From the NCBI GenBank assembly GCA_964019425.1, contig OZ025796.1:248001-312000 (forward strand): a DNA stretch of 64,000 nucleotides, written 5' to 3'. Made by a program: the position numbers and the translations under genes. How positions within the stretch are numbered: the stretch's first letter is position 1; each line of letters begins with the position of its first letter. Shown here piece by piece: positions 10,857 to 23,200 of this stretch. This stretch comes from Flectonema sp. DT1601. Its lineage: Eukaryota. The notes beneath the pieces are model-generated. The model ran no database searches and was not told the DNA's origin. It saw only the letters and a program-made list of their open reading frames with translations.

Positions 10857-13133
10857 CTATGCAACCATAGTAGCTGATGAGAACAAACCCTCAATATCGA
10901 TATCTAGGCTGCGCTCAGTGACATGTTGAATGCATTCGTTTTTAAAGTCATCCCAGCAGTCTGAATTCGTCAATGGTGACATCGCCGAGCTTATAATTTC
11001 ACAAGAAAGAGCTTGTTGGGACAAGGCCGGTAAAATAATGCTTGCTATGTTTCTCCACAGCGATGGTACGTCTAACCAGAGTTCGGTTTCGAGAATTTCT
11101 GATACGATAGTAGTAAATGCCTGAGATACCGCATCGTCTCCTGAAAGCTTTGACAAGACTGAAATAATAGAACCTCGTTCATCTACTGATCTATTCTGAC
11201 TAACACATTGAATTACTTGCTTTGACAACACGTCACTTCTATATTTTTCAGGTATCGAATTCCATGATGTACTATACGCAGCAACATCACCAGTTTCAGT
11301 AACAGCAGCAAGCATTGCCTTTGCCTTTGATATCAAATCGCTTGGCTTCATTCCTCCAACACTAAAACTGCAAGGAGCAGACGTAGTTCTTTGTAATATA
11401 ATTGGTGTTTTTGTAGTAGAAAGAGGTGGTTTCGAAGTGTTAAAATCACCAGTATTAGATTCCAACGGCGATGTCGGAGGTGACTTAAATCCAACCACCG
11501 AATCAGATTTTCTCACGTGAGGAGGTTTGAACAACCCAGGCGTCGACGATGAGTACTTCAGACATCCTGAAGACGATGATTTAGTTGGTTTAAGTTGACC
11601 CAAACAAGGTGAGTTACGTGCGTCAGAATAGTCAATATTATGAATACTTGATCGAGCCATAGAACAGTGAATTTGATGAAGTCCCAGGTAGGTTTTATCT
11701 CTACTACGAAGACCCTTTGCAGCTTCAACAGTGCTAAACTCAAAGAATCCATACTGAGTTGGTTGACTGCTATCTCCACAGAGTCTACGACGTACAACTG
11801 TTCCAAATTGATTCATAAAAGAATCGAGTTCTTGAAGTGGAACAGACGTATCAACTCCGGTTATATAAACAGTCCGTCCTATACTGTTTTGAGAGGCATC
11901 TATTGTAGACTGGTTGGTTGGTATTTCACTGTCAATTTCACTTAACTTTCTCGGTTGTTCTTTTGGTTTAGCAACCCAATTGTGTTCTCTCAAATCCAAC
12001 AAATTCATAACCAAATAACTAGCTCTTGATGAGCTGTGATGAACAGCTAGTTTCGATAATTTTTTAAAATATTTGCTCATGAAATCCGCTGCTGCCGGAC
12101 GATCCATTCGACGACCAGCTGACTCAAGTAGTTTACAAACGGTTTCAGTGTCTTCTTCAGTCGGTTCATCATTCGAGGACATTAATAACAGTCGTTGGAT
12201 TACTATGTGAACAATCTGCTCAGGTAAAAGTTTCCTTTTAAATAGCTCTGCGATGAGTTTTATATTCCCTAGTCTTCTTCGCTTTAGTGTAGCATGTGTA
12301 ATCGGGTCGTTTGATATTTGGGAAGTCTTCGCCTGGGATGACTCAAACTCCTGCTCGCAAAGGTTTAATAGAAGATGCTGAAAACGTTCTTTACTTGTTT
12401 TAATCACTTCACTATTGTCTTCACCTGAAGTAACATCAACCTGATCGAGACGTTGGTATAAAGCATAACACATTTCTGCATACACTGATGTGAATGAATG
12501 TTCGCTGATTGCTTTTTCAAATATGATGGGTGCTATCCTTGTTAAGACACACTTCATTGTTGCTCCAGTTGTTCGAACTTCGACAGTCAATTGTCTCAAC
12601 AATTCTTCAAACAGACTGTCGAACTTCTCAGGCGTGAATTTATTAAGGATTCCAGTCACTTTTCTAATGACAGTGTCGATGTCTTGGAGTTGGGTTTTGA
12701 GAGCTGATCCCTTAATTCGACACTCGTCATAAACTTCTGAACGACGTAGCCATGAAGGGGCTTCAGTTGTGTTATAGCGAAGAGATCTCATGAAATCAGC
12801 GGAGTACGTGTAGGTCGGTGAGACAGCTGCTGCTGATCTGCAAGACTGTCCCGCACATTCTCTTGGTGAGTCTTTAATTACATAGCTTGAAGAACCCCAT
12901 CGTTCTCTACCATTTAATTCAAAACTCAATGAGGAATCATCATCCCTGACCTTTCCATTTCTACTCAATTCTAACACCTCATTAGTAGACGGATCGACTA
13001 TAGCTACTGCTGCTGACACGGCTCTCTTCTTACCATCACTACCTCTCATGCATGCAGTGTAAACAGGAGTAGATTGTTGATCTTGACTTGAGTAATAAAT
13101 AGCCATGTGAGGGGAGACAAATATCTCCTGCAT
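10857..13133 (-). CDS. eIF4G-family protein (MIF4G + RRM + C-terminal helical domain)
   Basis: MIF4G hallmarks RKVTGILNKFTPEKFDSL, IFEKAISEHSFTSVYAEMC, RRLGNIKLIAELFK; 4E-binding-like YSADFMRSL; RRM motifs RTVYITGV and YGFFEF. Confidence 0.88.
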   Translation of the reverse strand: MQEIFVSPHMAIYYSSQDQQSTPVYTACMRGSDGKKRAVSAAVAIVDPSTNEVLELSRNGKVRDDDSSLSFELNGRERWGSSSYVIKDSPRECAGQSCRSAAAVSPTYTYSADFMRSLRYNTTEAPSWLRRSEVYDECRIKGSALKTQLQDIDTVIRKVTGILNKFTPEKFDSLFEELLRQLTVEVRTTGATMKCVLTRIAPIIFEKAISEHSFTSVYAEMCYALYQRLDQVDVTSGEDNSEVIKTSKERFQHLLLNLCEQEFESSQAKTSQISNDPITHATLKRRRLGNIKLIAELFKRKLLPEQIVHIVIQRLLLMSSNDEPTEEDTETVCKLLESAGRRMDRPAAADFMSKYFKKLSKLAVHHSSSRASYLVMNLLDLREHNWVAKPKEQPRKLSEIDSEIPTNQSTIDASQNSIGRTVYITGVDTSVPLQELDSFMNQFGTVVRRRLCGDSSQPTQYGFFEFSTVEAAKGLRSRDKTYLGLHQIHCSMARSSIHNIDYSDARNSPCLGQLKPTKSSSSGCLKYSSSTPGLFKPPHVRKSDSVVGFKSPPTSPLESNTGDFNTSKPPLSTTKTPIILQRTTSAPCSFSVGGMKPSDLISKAKAMLAAVTETGDVAAYSTSWNSIPEKYRSDVLSKQVIQCVSQNRSVDERGSIISVLSKLSGDDAVSQAFTTIVSEILETELWLDVPSLWRNIASIILPALSQQALSCEIISSAMSPLTNSDCWDDFKNECIQHVTERSLDIDIEGLFSSATMVA

Positions 13134-13229
13134 TGGGAAAGGGGGGATTGAAAAAATTGTTTTGAAGTTATAAAATACAGCTGTACAGGTGGAGGGAAAA
13201 AAAAAAAAAAAAAAAAAAAAAATACGAAT

Positions 13230-14423
13230 TTAATAAATCGTTTTGTAAATTAAATACACCATTGTCTGTCCGTTATAACAGCAGATCTTTTGATCAGAAA
13301 CCTCTCTCTGAATGAACCCAATTCCATCTTTTCCAGTGATGTCCATCTGCACAATAACACCAACAGCTGTTGGAGTAGTATCTTGAATCGTATCACATAA
13401 ATAAATAACTGATGAAAACTGAAGACGACCACGTAAAATCACCCTGACAGAAATCTTTTTCATCAATGGTGCCTCAACCATTAGAAATGATGGCATCGAA
13501 ACAGACGATGAAAACAACGGAGATTGATTCCACGTTTCAGGAAATGATTCGAATTTTTTTAATAATTTCAAATCGCGTTGTTGAATTAACATCATAGAAG
13601 GATGTCGATACAACGATTCCCAAACTGATCTGTTTACTCCCATACCTATCCTGATAATACTTGTGACTGAAGCTGATCCTTTATTCCAAATATTGTGGTA
13701 GTCAGATGTGTATATAATAACAATCTTATCATCGTGTTGATACCACGAGAAGACGTTTTCATTTTCATTTTCATTTTCATTCTTATTAAACAAGTCGCAA
13801 TCAGATATTATTGTTTTGATAGCAGTGGATTGACCAACCAATGACCATAATTCTGCATCGAGCACATCCATTTTCAAATTTTCAGGTAAAATATTTCTTA
13901 AAAACACATCTACATCAGTAGGAACAATCAACAACACTTTACTCCGAGTTAACACAATGACATCAGTCGGACACAGAGCTATTGTTTTATTGGATGTTTT
14001 CGGAATGTGCAATGCGGCAGATAACACCTTCGATTGTAGTAAATATTCTGAAACTATTTCAGAATCTGTTTCTTGACCATCAGGTGTGGTGATGTGAGCT
14101 ATAAAACGAAGACAATCACTTCCTGTTATGCATATTGTTGTTCGACTACTGCTTTCATCACATAAATTGCATTTGTTATGTACATTTTTAATCACAGCTC
14201 TCGTGTTTGATCTTTTCGTGTATCTTTTCTCCCATTGTCGCTTTATCGATTTCAAACTCATCTTGCTTGATTTCTTCTTTTTTACAGTTCTCACACCAGA
14301 TCTGGCACGACGTTTCCAACATGAACCTACTATCAGTCTGGGAGGGGTCACATCACACATCATTTTTAGGATGTCATTGTTTCTATCTTCGAGGATGTCA
14401 CCGACATTGAGAGCAGACGACAT
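13230..14423 (-). CDS. Hypothetical protein, 397 aa
   Basis: Long ORF without homopolymer tracts, same strand as neighbours, pyrimidine tract + AG 17 nt upstream of the ATG. No family recognised. Confidence 0.7.
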   Translation of the reverse strand: MSSALNVGDILEDRNNDILKMMCDVTPPRLIVGSCWKRRARSGVRTVKKKKSSKMSLKSIKRQWEKRYTKRSNTRAVIKNVHNKCNLCDESSSRTTICITGSDCLRFIAHITTPDGQETDSEIVSEYLLQSKVLSAALHIPKTSNKTIALCPTDVIVLTRSKVLLIVPTDVDVFLRNILPENLKMDVLDAELWSLVGQSTAIKTIISDCDLFNKNENENENENVFSWYQHDDKIVIIYTSDYHNIWNKGSASVTSIIRIGMGVNRSVWESLYRHPSMMLIQQRDLKLLKKFESFPETWNQSPLFSSSVSMPSFLMVEAPLMKKISVRVILRGRLQFSSVIYLCDTIQDTTPTAVGVIVQMDITGKDGIGFIQREVSDQKICCYNGQTMVYLIYKTIY

Positions 14424-14536
14424 GTTTTGATATCGTGTACTGTAAAAGGAAAAATAAAAATAATTTTGAAGAGGAAAAAAAAAAAGGGCAAAAAAAAAAC
14501 AACCCGACGGAAGTCAAGTATAGAGTATTGAGAGTG

Positions 14537-15260
14537 TTACCACCATCGGTCAGAGCTGAATGCAATCTAAGTTTTTTTTTTTTTTTTTTTTAAAATCCTA
14601 TATTTGATTATTAGAGAAAAAACACAAAAAAAAAATAGTTCTCATCACAATACACACCTTATGAACATGGTGTTTATTTATTGGGTGAACGGTCGGTTTG
14701 TAAATATGAAGTTGGGCATTCGGATCACTTGGTTCCCATTTTGTTTTTCTTTGAACTTCCGATTGATTTCTATTACTCTCAGCCTTCGGAAACTCAATCC
14801 TAGGGGGGATTGATATCGAATTCGGTGCTTTTGTTATTTCTTCAGCAGCTGGTTGTTCATCAACTGATGTTCTCCGCTTCTCTTTCACTTCGTTGCGTGC
14901 CTTTCCACCTCTGTAGCATGCTTGAATTTTAGTTGCTTGCTCATTCATCACTCGCTCTTCTTCTTCTTTTTCCATTCGTTGTTGTTTTGCTTTGTCTCGT
15001 CCCTTTCCTCCTCTGTACATTGCTTGAATTTTAGCAGCTTTTTCATTTTCATCAGCTGCCGATTGGTTTTCTGTTGACTGAAGTTGCTGTTCGGTTTCTT
15101 CTGTTTTTAGTTCTGGTTCAGGCTGGTCAGCTGGAGTGGTGTTGCTTTCTTCATTTTCTTTATTTGAAGCGACTTCAGCCTCACTCTCTTCGACATGGGG
15201 AGCTGCGACTTCACTTCCCCCATTGGGCGGAGCTGCAACTTCACCCTCTTCGTCTGCCAT
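14537..15260 (-). CDS. Acidic protein with two IQ calmodulin-binding motifs, 2 exons
   Basis: IQ motifs AAKIQAMYRGGKGR and ATKIQACYRGGKAR. Exons 15260-14658 and 14566-14537, intron 14657-14567 (GTGTGT...A20-CTTAG), giving HHVHK|IAFSSDRWW*. Confidence 0.8.
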
Positions 15261-15386
15261 GTTTGTTTACACAGACTGGCTGTATTGATAATTAAGAAAT
15301 AACTTTACCAAGCACCATAACAATTACAAACTATAAAAACAAAACAAACAGAAAACGATAACATATTGAACCGGGAAAAAAAATGC

Positions 15387-16058
15387 TTATGATCGAAAAC
15401 CATTCTCGAATCCTACATCGAGTATGTTTTTACGGAGGTGAGCAGCCCATGCAGGAGACTTTGTATAAAGAGTTCCCAACGTGATGTTGTCGTTAACGAG
15501 AGAAGCCTCCGGTGGATTGGGAACACCTGACCAAACATTGTCTAAAATAGCTCTCTGAAGAGTAGATAACCCTGTCATTTGAAATAAATTTATTTCAAAG
15601 AAATGATAAGAAGCGGCTTCAGCAGCAGCCTTACCATTCACTCGTAGAAGAGAGACTCGTCCTGGAGTTCGTTCTTCATTTAGATTAAATACTAAATATT
15701 TTTCAACCGAAGTCGATATCAATTTACCAATTTTCAAAGCGTACTGCAGGCTATCTTCATCACAATAAACAAGACAGCATGCGGCAGCGTCTGCTGTTTC
15801 GATGTCTGCAGGGGAATCGCAGTCGATCTCAAAAGCATTTCCTGCAACGTAGATGACATCGGATTCGATTGTGCCTATTCCTCGGTAGCCATGTCTGAAT
15901 ATTCTTGACTCACCACCACCAGCCATACCAACTATCAACTCACTTTTACCAACTCCTAAGTCTCCAGCAATCGCAAGCTGAAATCCAAAGTGATATTGAA
16001 GTGAGTCAGATGAGTACCCCGCATTGGTAGTATTAGGCAATGGTTGTAGACGAGGCAT
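15387..16058 (-). CDS. Divergent Ras-superfamily small GTPase-like protein
   Basis: P-loop LAIAGDLGVGKS and overall Rab-like layout (ACCLVYCDEDSL, KYLVFN, FFEIN). No canonical DxxG or NKxD. Confidence 0.7.
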   Translation of the reverse strand: MPRLQPLPNTTNAGYSSDSLQYHFGFQLAIAGDLGVGKSELIVGMAGGGESRIFRHGYRGIGTIESDVIYVAGNAFEIDCDSPADIETADAAACCLVYCDEDSLQYALKIGKLISTSVEKYLVFNLNEERTPGRVSLLRVNGKAAAEAASYHFFEINLFQMTGLSTLQRAILDNVWSGVPNPPEASLVNDNITLGTLYTKSPAWAAHLRKNILDVGFENGFRS

Positions 16059-16233
16059 TCTCAGAGTCCTGTAGTCGTAAATAAGTTTTAGATGGTTGAA
16101 ATGTTTAATAAAGTAGAATACCTCAGCTAATGATATGCTTATGACCTGATAAAATAGAATGAAAGTAACACAAATAAATAATTATAATAATAATAAAAAA
16201 ACTTTTGCAAACACCCGGAAAGGTGAAGAAAAG

Positions 16234-16611
16234 TCAAATCGAATAGCCATTTCTGAATTCTCCTTCTATAATCCACCTGTCAGAGTCTTCCTGTTGTGTT
16301 ATTATTTTTCTTGATAGAGTCATTGATTTCAAGAAGATCAGCATTTCTTCTTCATCAAGTGACCAATTAGTTGGTCGCATTCCCTGAGAGATTAAACCGT
16401 GTAATGTCGATGTGTCAGATTCGTGACAGGCAGAGATATGAGCAGTCTCCATATCACATTGAGAATATTCTTGTTTATTATTATGCATTATCATCATGTC
16501 GAATATTACTCTCAATAATTCTTTCCATTCTCTTGTTTGACAAGTTTGCATGTCGTGTCGTTTTTGTAAAATCTCAGCTCTGAGATCGAAAATTTGCTCA
16601 TCGATATCCAT
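16234..16611 (-). CDS. Hypothetical small protein, 125 aa
   Basis: ORF with a coiled-coil-like start; T-rich tract + AG at 16630-16629 just upstream of the ATG. Confidence 0.55.
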   Translation of the reverse strand: MDIDEQIFDLRAEILQKRHDMQTCQTREWKELLRVIFDMMIMHNNKQEYSQCDMETAHISACHESDTSTLHGLISQGMRPTNWSLDEEEMLIFLKSMTLSRKIITQQEDSDRWIIEGEFRNGYSI

Positions 16612-16853
16612 CTGTTATTTCACATCACCTGATGAAAGAATAAATGAATAAAAAAATAAAAATAATAATAACACACCCCATCTTGTATTTCTAGGTTTAA
16701 TAAGGCTAGTAACGGATAGCCAATGAACTGAGTCTGCTGCCATTCAGATTCGTAATAAGATAACAATGCAATAATATTTATATAATCGGAGTACTCATGG
16801 CACAATGTGCGATGAGTCTGTCATTCAGATCATTACACACTAAAGGTGATCAT

Positions 16854-17774
16854 CTACTTTGGATGAACTTTCTGTCGAGGTCTCCAGTTGTCTTTTGTGT
16901 AATCCCATCTACGTGCTGTGGTTCCGACAATATCCCAAATCACATTAAGCAGGTCTTCTGAAATAGCTTCCGTAATAGAAAGCTGTTCAGGTATCGATTG
17001 ACGATGTATCAGAGGGTGATCTGAATTTTGAAAAGCGCAATTAACGAAATTTAAATTACACACATCAAGAAATTTTAGTATACCTGTAAGCTGCTCAGGA
17101 CCACTGATTGGATTGATCAGGTCCTCGAATTTCAAAGTTAGAATGTTTTTTGATGGGTCTGAGTAGCGCCAATGATGATCAGACGCCCATCTCGTCGCCA
17201 TCTGTACTGCACTACTTTCAAAATGAGTTTTATTAAACTGACTACGTAATACTGGTGTGATGTGTTTATTCGATGATTTGGGTGCAACCTTCCTCTGATA
17301 TTCAGCAAACAACGCCTTAACTGGATGCCTTACCAATGCGATAACATTTCTATAATCTTGGACCATGGCACAGTGTAAAGGAGGTTTGTTATAATGCATT
17401 TTAACAACAATAACGTCGTTTCCGCAGTGTTTTTCACCAGCGAATACCTGACGTAAAGTTTTATCAGAATGATACACTGAACCCGATAAGTATCCAGTTG
17501 CTTGTTCAATAAGAACTCTTAGTAGGGAATTACCACTTCCTGGTGAACTCCACAACAAGAATGGCTCACGAAACTTATTTGGTAGGAATGTTGCTTTAAC
17601 GAGGGCGCATTTTGTAATATTTTGAGGTATACCAATAATACTTGATGGATTGCATGTGATAGGTTTTGATTGAACCGAATCACTTGTGAAGTCACTCACC
17701 ACCATATTCATCGCTATTAGTCCTGCGACTAACAGAAGCAATGCTACTGCTAATCGTCTACTCTGACTTGTCAT
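16854..17774 (-). CDS. Type II membrane sulfotransferase (WSCD1/2-like)
   Basis: N-terminal TM anchor; 5'-PSB motif SSPGSGNSLLRVLIEQATGYLSGSVY; VVKMH; 3'-PB-like LVRHPVKALFAEY; LKFEDL. Confidence 0.85.
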   Translation of the reverse strand: MTSQSRRLAVALLLLVAGLIAMNMVVSDFTSDSVQSKPITCNPSSIIGIPQNITKCALVKATFLPNKFREPFLLWSSPGSGNSLLRVLIEQATGYLSGSVYHSDKTLRQVFAGEKHCGNDVIVVKMHYNKPPLHCAMVQDYRNVIALVRHPVKALFAEYQRKVAPKSSNKHITPVLRSQFNKTHFESSAVQMATRWASDHHWRYSDPSKNILTLKFEDLINPISGPEQLTGILKFLDVCNLNFVNCAFQNSDHPLIHRQSIPEQLSITEAISEDLLNVIWDIVGTTARRWDYTKDNWRPRQKVHPK

Positions 17775-18160
17775 TTGCTGTCTGTTTGAAGTTTAGATGA
17801 CATTGTCAATAAGAGACATCATTCCAATAAGAGACATCATTCTCTGTGAAATTCATGTTTTTTTTTTTTTTTTTTTTCCACAAAATTTATTTATAAAAAA
17901 AAATACCTGTTGGGGGTGGATGAGGTGCTATTTAATTATTATGGCAGAGATCGATTCTTCACACACAGGGACGTCCCTAATTTTTTTTTTTTTTTTTTTT
18001 CCCTTCCCTTTTTTTTTTTTTTTTTTCTGTTATAACCGGACTTTTAGCAGCCAGAAGGGACAAGCCAAGTGAATGTCAGATGAAGAGACACCTCCGTGAC
18101 TGTGAAGAAGAAACAGTATGGTGTTTAATATAGATAGTGGGCATGCACCTGAAAAACCTT

Positions 18161-18192
<32 letters not shown>

Positions 18193-19980
18193 TGAACGGA
18201 GCAAGAAATTAAAAAAAAAAAAGAAAATTAGGGCATTCGGTGGTAAGGAGCAAGCAAAACCCTTTTTTATCCGCCAATTAACATTTTCGGCTGTTTTCTG
18301 GGATTTTTTTTTTTTTTTTTTTTTATTTGGCCATCACAAGCCAGTAAGATCGATGCATTCAGGCTCTCACAGTAACGCAACTATTTACATTAACTTGGTA
18401 GTACCAAGGATGGGGGAAAAAAAGCAAGAAAAAAAAGTTTTTTTTTCCCGCTCAAAATCCATTTCCGTCAGTGTAGAGGCATTGATCCAGTCGAGCGGTG
18501 GGGTGCACTGTTTATACTAAATGATAGTTTAAAAAATCGACCAAAAAAAACTCTTTTTATCGCCGACGTTAGATCCTGAAGCGAAAAAGGCAACCTGTTC
18601 TAAGAACAATGAGGTTGGTAAATGGAAGCCAAAAAAAAAAAAAAAAAAGATGAAAAAAAAAAAAAAACAGGCGGCAGAATTTAACAAAATGGAAGACAGA
18701 AAGAATCAACAAAACGAAAGTAAAAAAACAGTTTTCTTTTTTTTTTTTTTTTTTTCCAGCACACCAAAAAAAAATTATTTTTTTAAGAGCACTGTTAAGG
18801 AAGACAGAAAAGCAGACTGGGTCAATAATCACATACACAAAGTAAGCCCTCCATTGAACTCAGGAAGTGCCCGCAGAAGTTTTACCACAAAAACGGTTCA
18901 TGCCAAAGCCACCACAGCCGCAGTACAATAGATCGAAGGCGATAACTTAGAGTTTGAGAAAAATAACTCTTTTTTAAGGTGGATAGACACTGAAACAAAC
19001 GCTCACCGTTTCAAGAAACGGATCGCGTTAAACACACAAAGAAAAACAATGAACAGCTAAACAGGGGGTTTTTTTTTCTTTTTTTTTTTTTTTTTCTTAG
19101 ATGGAACTGCTTTGACTTCAGTCACTGTCGTACACAATAGTAGCAGAGAGAGAAGGGTAAAAAATGAATTCCAAGACAACAGAAAAGAAGTCTTCAACAC
19201 ACTCGAATTGATCCCAGTGTCCTGAAGACATTACTCGCTGAGGAAGATAGATAACTTTTTTTTAAATTTTTCTTTTTTTTTTTTTTTTTTTTCCCCCACA
19301 AAGAGAGCAAAAAAAAATACAACCCCGTGAGCACAAGAGAGAAGAAAGAAAAAAAAACAAAATAACAAAAACCATTCAGATAAGCCATATATTTTGTTGA
19401 TCGCAGCTCTAAAAAGACATTCCTGCGAGGTTACTTCTCTTCTCTTCAGTCTTGGCGACGTCCTCACAAAAAAAAAGAGAAAAAAACGGGAGAACAAAAA
19501 ACGAAATAGTGAGAACAAGAATGACGTTACACCAGAAGGTGTCGCCGAGCAAATTTTCTTTTTTTTTTTTTTTTTTTGTAAAAATGATTAATGAAGCGGG
19601 GGAAAAAGAAAAAAAGTGAAATGAAATGAAATGAAAAGCAGGAAGCAAGAAGATTTCGGCCTTTACATGGGAGTTTTTTTCTTTCTTTTTCTTTGTGCTC
19701 ATTAGCAAACAACCGATCTTAAGAAAACATAACAAGTAATATTGTTGGTGAAGGGTTTCTTTTTTTTTCTTTTTCTTATTCTTTTTTTTTTCGGAAAATG
19801 CGGATACTTTTCGCTTTTCATTGAAAGGCATCTTCGGTGTGCTCATACGTGAGCAATTTATAATAAAAGAAAAAAAAAAAACTTAATCAAAAATCGCATT
19901 ACGGAGGTGTCTGTTTTTTTTCCTGTTTTCACAACCTAAGCATGAGCAAAAAAAAAGAAAATTAACTCTAACTTAACATT

Positions 19981-20100
19981 CTACACAGAAAATTGTAGTA
20001 TAAGACCCATTCATGTTTTGTTTGTGTCAAACGACTTACACCGATAAAGGCTAAAGGACGTTAACGTGAATTGCCAACACTTTAGCTCTTACTTATCAAG
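19981..20100 (+). mobile_element. Dispersed repeat family C, diverged copy in opposite orientation
   Basis: The plus strand matches the reverse complement of 42026-42170 (acagaaaat, atgttttgtttgtgtca, cgactta, gctaaagga, gccaaca). Confidence 0.55.
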
Positions 20101-20213
20101 AAAGAAAAAAAAAGAAAAAAGAAAAAAGAAAAAAGAAGCAAATCAATAACTGTTTATACCCAATAATGTAGTGAGGAAGAAACAAAAAAAAAAAAAAAAA
20201 TTATTTTTTTTTT

Positions 20214-23200
20214 TTATCCAGTTTTTCTCAAAATCGAAACGATGTTGGATTTAAGCAACAATGTAATTGGACTCCACGAAGCAAGAATCGAACAAATAAA
20301 TCCAACTATAACAACCCCAACGAACAACAAGAATGGGAAATTCATCGTCAATGGTAACTGCAAGAACAACTGCCTCTGAAGGAGAAGAGTAAACGCCACT
20401 ACAGTACCAACAGCAAAACCCATGATCGATGCAGAAAACAACAGAATAAATGCCTCCCATACATAGATTCTTTTCGTCGGGAACCTAGTTAAACCCAACG
20501 AACGAAGAATACCAATTTCTTTTGACTGCTCATGAATGTTAGAGTACATAGAAGCAGTTAATGAAAAGAAGCACATGACCATAGTTAAAAAGGTTACAAT
20601 ATAAAAGAATAAATTTAAAATGTTCCCTGTTGACTCTGCCGCTGTTTTATCGGTCACTACATCGCTAAAAGAAATAGAGCCTTTCGCGAGATCAGGTGCC
20701 ATCGATGCTATGATCGCGTCTTCGATTGCAGTGGCATCGGATGACGTCCATCCAGGCTTTAGTTTTATAATCATTTTTTCATAATCAATATCATCGACTG
20801 TCCTCAGTCTTTGATTACTCAACCCAATATGAGTTGGGATACTGATTACCGATGATTGGAATGTTCTTGACGGAAATTTTGAAAATGTCAATACAGGACC
20901 TGAATCCAATGACGCCAATGCCTTAAAAGGAGTTCTCACATCAATTTGATTTCCTTCGACAGTAGTCCATTCTGTTGTTAATAAGAAACTATGTTCATTA
21001 TTTCTTGGATGATCGAATTTATCAATTCCGAACAAGTCAGAGAAATACGATCCAATAATCGCACTATCATAAGCGTCAGATGCGTACAGTTGAGCAGAAA
21101 GAGCGGCGCCGTTTCCTTTATTTTCACTCGATGGTTTTAAAAACTCTTTGTGAACTACATCAGCAAAGAAATTAGGTGAGACGCCTTTCATCTCTGTTGG
21201 GAATACCTTAAACCTTCCCAAAGACATCATTTCTTCGTCATCAAGCCTATCATAGTAATCCAAGTCATTAGTGACGTATCCCCAATCCTCAACTATGTCT
21301 GATTTTTCTAACACACTCTCAACCCTTGATGCTGTAACCCAGGTTAGTGGCAAGTCACCTTTTTCGATTACAAGATCACCTCCGAAAGCTACACTCACCT
21401 GAGCTGAAATCGACCTGATCTGTAAATCAACACTGACAGTCATCCAGATAATAAAAGCCAACGACATTGAATACATCAATGTTGTCTTTCTATTTCTTGG
21501 TCTGTGTGCTACCAAATTCTTAATTAACATAACCCTAACAGCTTCATTTTCCCAACATAAAAACACACTTGTTAGCAACCTCTCAAGTAAATGTTCCAGG
21601 TTGAGTGTTAGCAAAACAAGACCGAAAAGCATTCCAAGAAGAATACCAAAAAAGATCCAAAGTAGAAGAAGGATGTCAGTTGTTAATAAAGCAAGTGGGA
21701 ACAAATAGTAGATTAGAAATCCAAAAGCAGTCAAAGCCGAACCCAAAACCACTACCTCTATTGAGATAGTACTACTGTCTGATCTGGACAATTTGTATGA
21801 AATTACTTTGATTTTCGATCTTCTGGTGTCCAACGATTCTTGCAGACTAAGACCTGTTGCTTTTGTAATGGGAGCAACAGACGCAATAATAGGAACTGAC
21901 ACTCCCAACAGTAGAGCGATTCCGACTGAAAGACCACTCAAGTTAGTTGGTAAGGTGAGTACTAAGGTCGATTCAAGAATACTTTTAATAAACAACCAAA
22001 CTCCAAAAGCTGAGATCAACCCAATTATAACAGCAGGAATAGCGTACATCATCGCCTGGACTAAAACTAGTTGGACTACGTCACGTCTTTTCATTCCAAC
22101 CATTCTGAGAACGCCAAGTTCAAAAGTTCTAGTCTCAACGTTTATCATCAATAGAGAATAAATTAATATAATACTCAGAACGACGAAGACGAAGATGACT
22201 AACGAAATCAACAATCCTAAAAACAGTGAAAAGAATCTCGTTGTAAACATATATTCAAGAATTTCAGCTTCCGCATCAACTTGATTAAATCCAATGCTCA
22301 ATATTGCCGGTGATATCCAATCAACAAACCCGTTTTGAATGGTTTTAAATTCACTATTTTCATACAGTGTTGTTCGTAAGCTTGGAGGTAGGTTGAGCGT
22401 TACCGAAGTAGCATAAGTCTCTGCTAATAGGGGGGTGTCTGCGATGAATGTTCTGATATTTGCTGGAAGCTCATCGTTCATGAACGGCGCGGTGTATTTT
22501 AAAAAATGTTTCATTTCCATGAAAACTACCCCGTCATCAGATTCAATCTTACCCTTACTATCAGAAAATATATCTTGAATGATAACAGGCATTACTACAG
22601 AACTTTGTACTGCATAAGGAAACTCTCCTCTACCCAATCCAACTTCCATAAACATTCCTAATAAAGGAGGTGATAATGTGATTGCTACTAACATGGTATC
22701 TCCAGTGGTTAAGTTCATCGTTGATGCTAAGTCGCTTTTTATAATCGCATGGCCAGATTTAATCTCTCCATACTTCCAATCACGACCGATTCCAATTCTC
22801 CTTTCCTTTTCAGAATCAATGACCAACACGTTCGCAGCTTCACGTTCACTGCAACGTATATCAAGACACTCAGTTAGAAGTCGAGAACAGTTTTCTGTCT
22901 CATGATTATATACCCATTTCATTGGTGGGCTGTACGGATCGATATTCTGTTCTGTAGGAGGATTGCACTTTGACGGGTTTACTGTATAAGCTTGATTGGT
23001 TAAAAATTCTATTCTTGGAGAGTGGAACTGATACTCTTCTCCAAGAGGTTCAAGTGCTTTAGTAAACGCAGTGTAGTTGAGTGAACGTGAGTCTCTGTGT
23101 GTGTTGAATTTTTTTTTTTTTTTTTTTTTTTTTTTGGTAAAACTAGTAAAGTAACAAAAAGCCGACTACTTCGGCAAAAGAAAAAAAAAAAAAAAAAAAA

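Noticed and set aside
16620..16805. Upstream coding exon for the 16234-16611 gene
   Set aside because: The joining frame has no ATG, and the intervening sequence is a T-rich tract ending in AG, like the pre-ATG acceptors rather than the A-rich cis introns.
21793..22161. Plus-strand ORFs overlapping long genes (also 3537-3770, 44347-44790, 52254-52568)
   Set aside because: They are antisense shadows of well-supported minus-strand CDSs.
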